A stretch of 38,573 nt of DNA from Heterodontus francisci (Eukaryota), in NCBI RefSeq assembly GCF_036365525.1, contig NW_027142325.1, positions 496,001-534,573 of the forward strand. Direction: 5' to 3'. A program made the translations under genes and the position numbers. Positions 37,887 to 38,573 of this stretch are shown here, piece after piece. How positions within the stretch are numbered: the first letter of the stretch is position 1; each line of letters begins with the position of its first letter. The notes beneath the pieces were generated by a model, which saw only the letters and a list, made by a program, of their open reading frames with translations, was not told where the DNA came from and searched no databases.

Positions 37887-38573
37887 CTAATTGAAACCTA
37901 CAAAATACTTAAAGGGATAGACAGAGTAGATGCAGCCATGATGTTTCCCCTGGGTGGGGAGTCTCGAACCAGGGAACACAATTTCAAAATAAGCGGGAAG
38001 CCACTTAGGACAGAAATGAGGAGAGATTTCTTTACTCAGAGGGTTGTGAATCGTTGGAATTCTCTACCCCAGAGGGCTGTGGAAGCTCAGTCATTGAGTG
38101 TGTTTAAAGCAGAGATTGACAGATTTCTAAATACCAATGACATAAGGGGATATGGGGATAATGTGGGAAAAATGCATTGAAGTGGATGATCAGCCATGAT
38201 CATCTTGAATGGCAGGGCAGGCTGGATGGGCTGAATGGCCTACTCCTGCTCCTATGTTCCTATGAAGGCAGAGTTATCTAAAGTGAACTGGGAAACTAGG
38301 TTAAAAGGTAGGACAGTAGAGATGCAGTGGCAGACTTTTAGGGAGATATTTAATAACTCTCAGCAAAGATTTATTCCAGTGGAAAGAATGATTCTTTGAG
38401 AAACATGCATCATCCGTGGTTAAATAAGCAAGTTGAGGATAGTATCAAATGAAAGAAACACTGTATAAATCTGCAAAGGTTAGTGCTATGTCAGAAGCTT
38501 GGACAGTCTGAGAGAGAACTAGCTGGTGATATAAAAACAGATTGTAAGGGTTTCTACATGTATTTAAATAAGA

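Larger units (their letters stand above)
35446..38264 (+). mobile_element. 5'-truncated CR1 LINE (CR1-B) inserted into CR1-A
   Basis: RT ORFs 35443-35919, 35855-36178 and 36097-36555 ([27 protein letters not shown]), and C-terminal 37938-38180. Tail cctactcctgctcctatgttcctatg. TATG occurs at both junctions. Confidence 0.88.
30025..38573 (+). mobile_element. Host CR1 LINE (CR1-A) split into three parts by insertions: 30025-~30450, ~34846-35445, 38265-38573
   Basis: ORF1 esterase (SGARDRDI..EGEDPVVIIPMGTNN) and endonuclease (ALYLNAHSIRN, AILDLVMCN, GDSD). Reading continues across the CR1-B insertion: aaatacaagagtatg|aaggcagagttatctaaagtgaactgg (KYKSMKAELSKVNW). Confidence 0.8.

Overview
This is vertebrate genomic DNA, very likely from a cartilaginous fish (shark), inferred from the CR1/V-SINE/Deu-SINE/LF-SINE/Penelope repeat content. 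The only host gene visible is on the + strand: two clean phase-1/phase-1 Ig V-set exons (27306-27689 and 29002-29352) that splice in frame. Both resemble the Siglec-15 V-set domain. The first keeps the sialic-acid-binding Arg and the second has lost it, giving an unusual V-V arrangement. Its leader and downstream exons were not found. Directly upstream lies a ~14.7 kb tandem array of ~225 copies of a 65/69-bp unit. The array has binary CpG variant sites and internal higher-order duplications, and lone inverted monomers of the unit occur nearby. Positions 1-7248 are a decayed SCAN-type (Gmr1-like) Gypsy LTR element on the - strand with nested CR1 LINEs and an assembly gap. Positions 30025-38573 are a multi-layer nest: a CR1 holding an RTE LINE (which holds a Neptune-type Penelope element) and a second CR1 (which holds a palindromic Penelope end with a minimal hammerhead ribozyme motif, plus another LINE). 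Family names come from recognition, not database searches.
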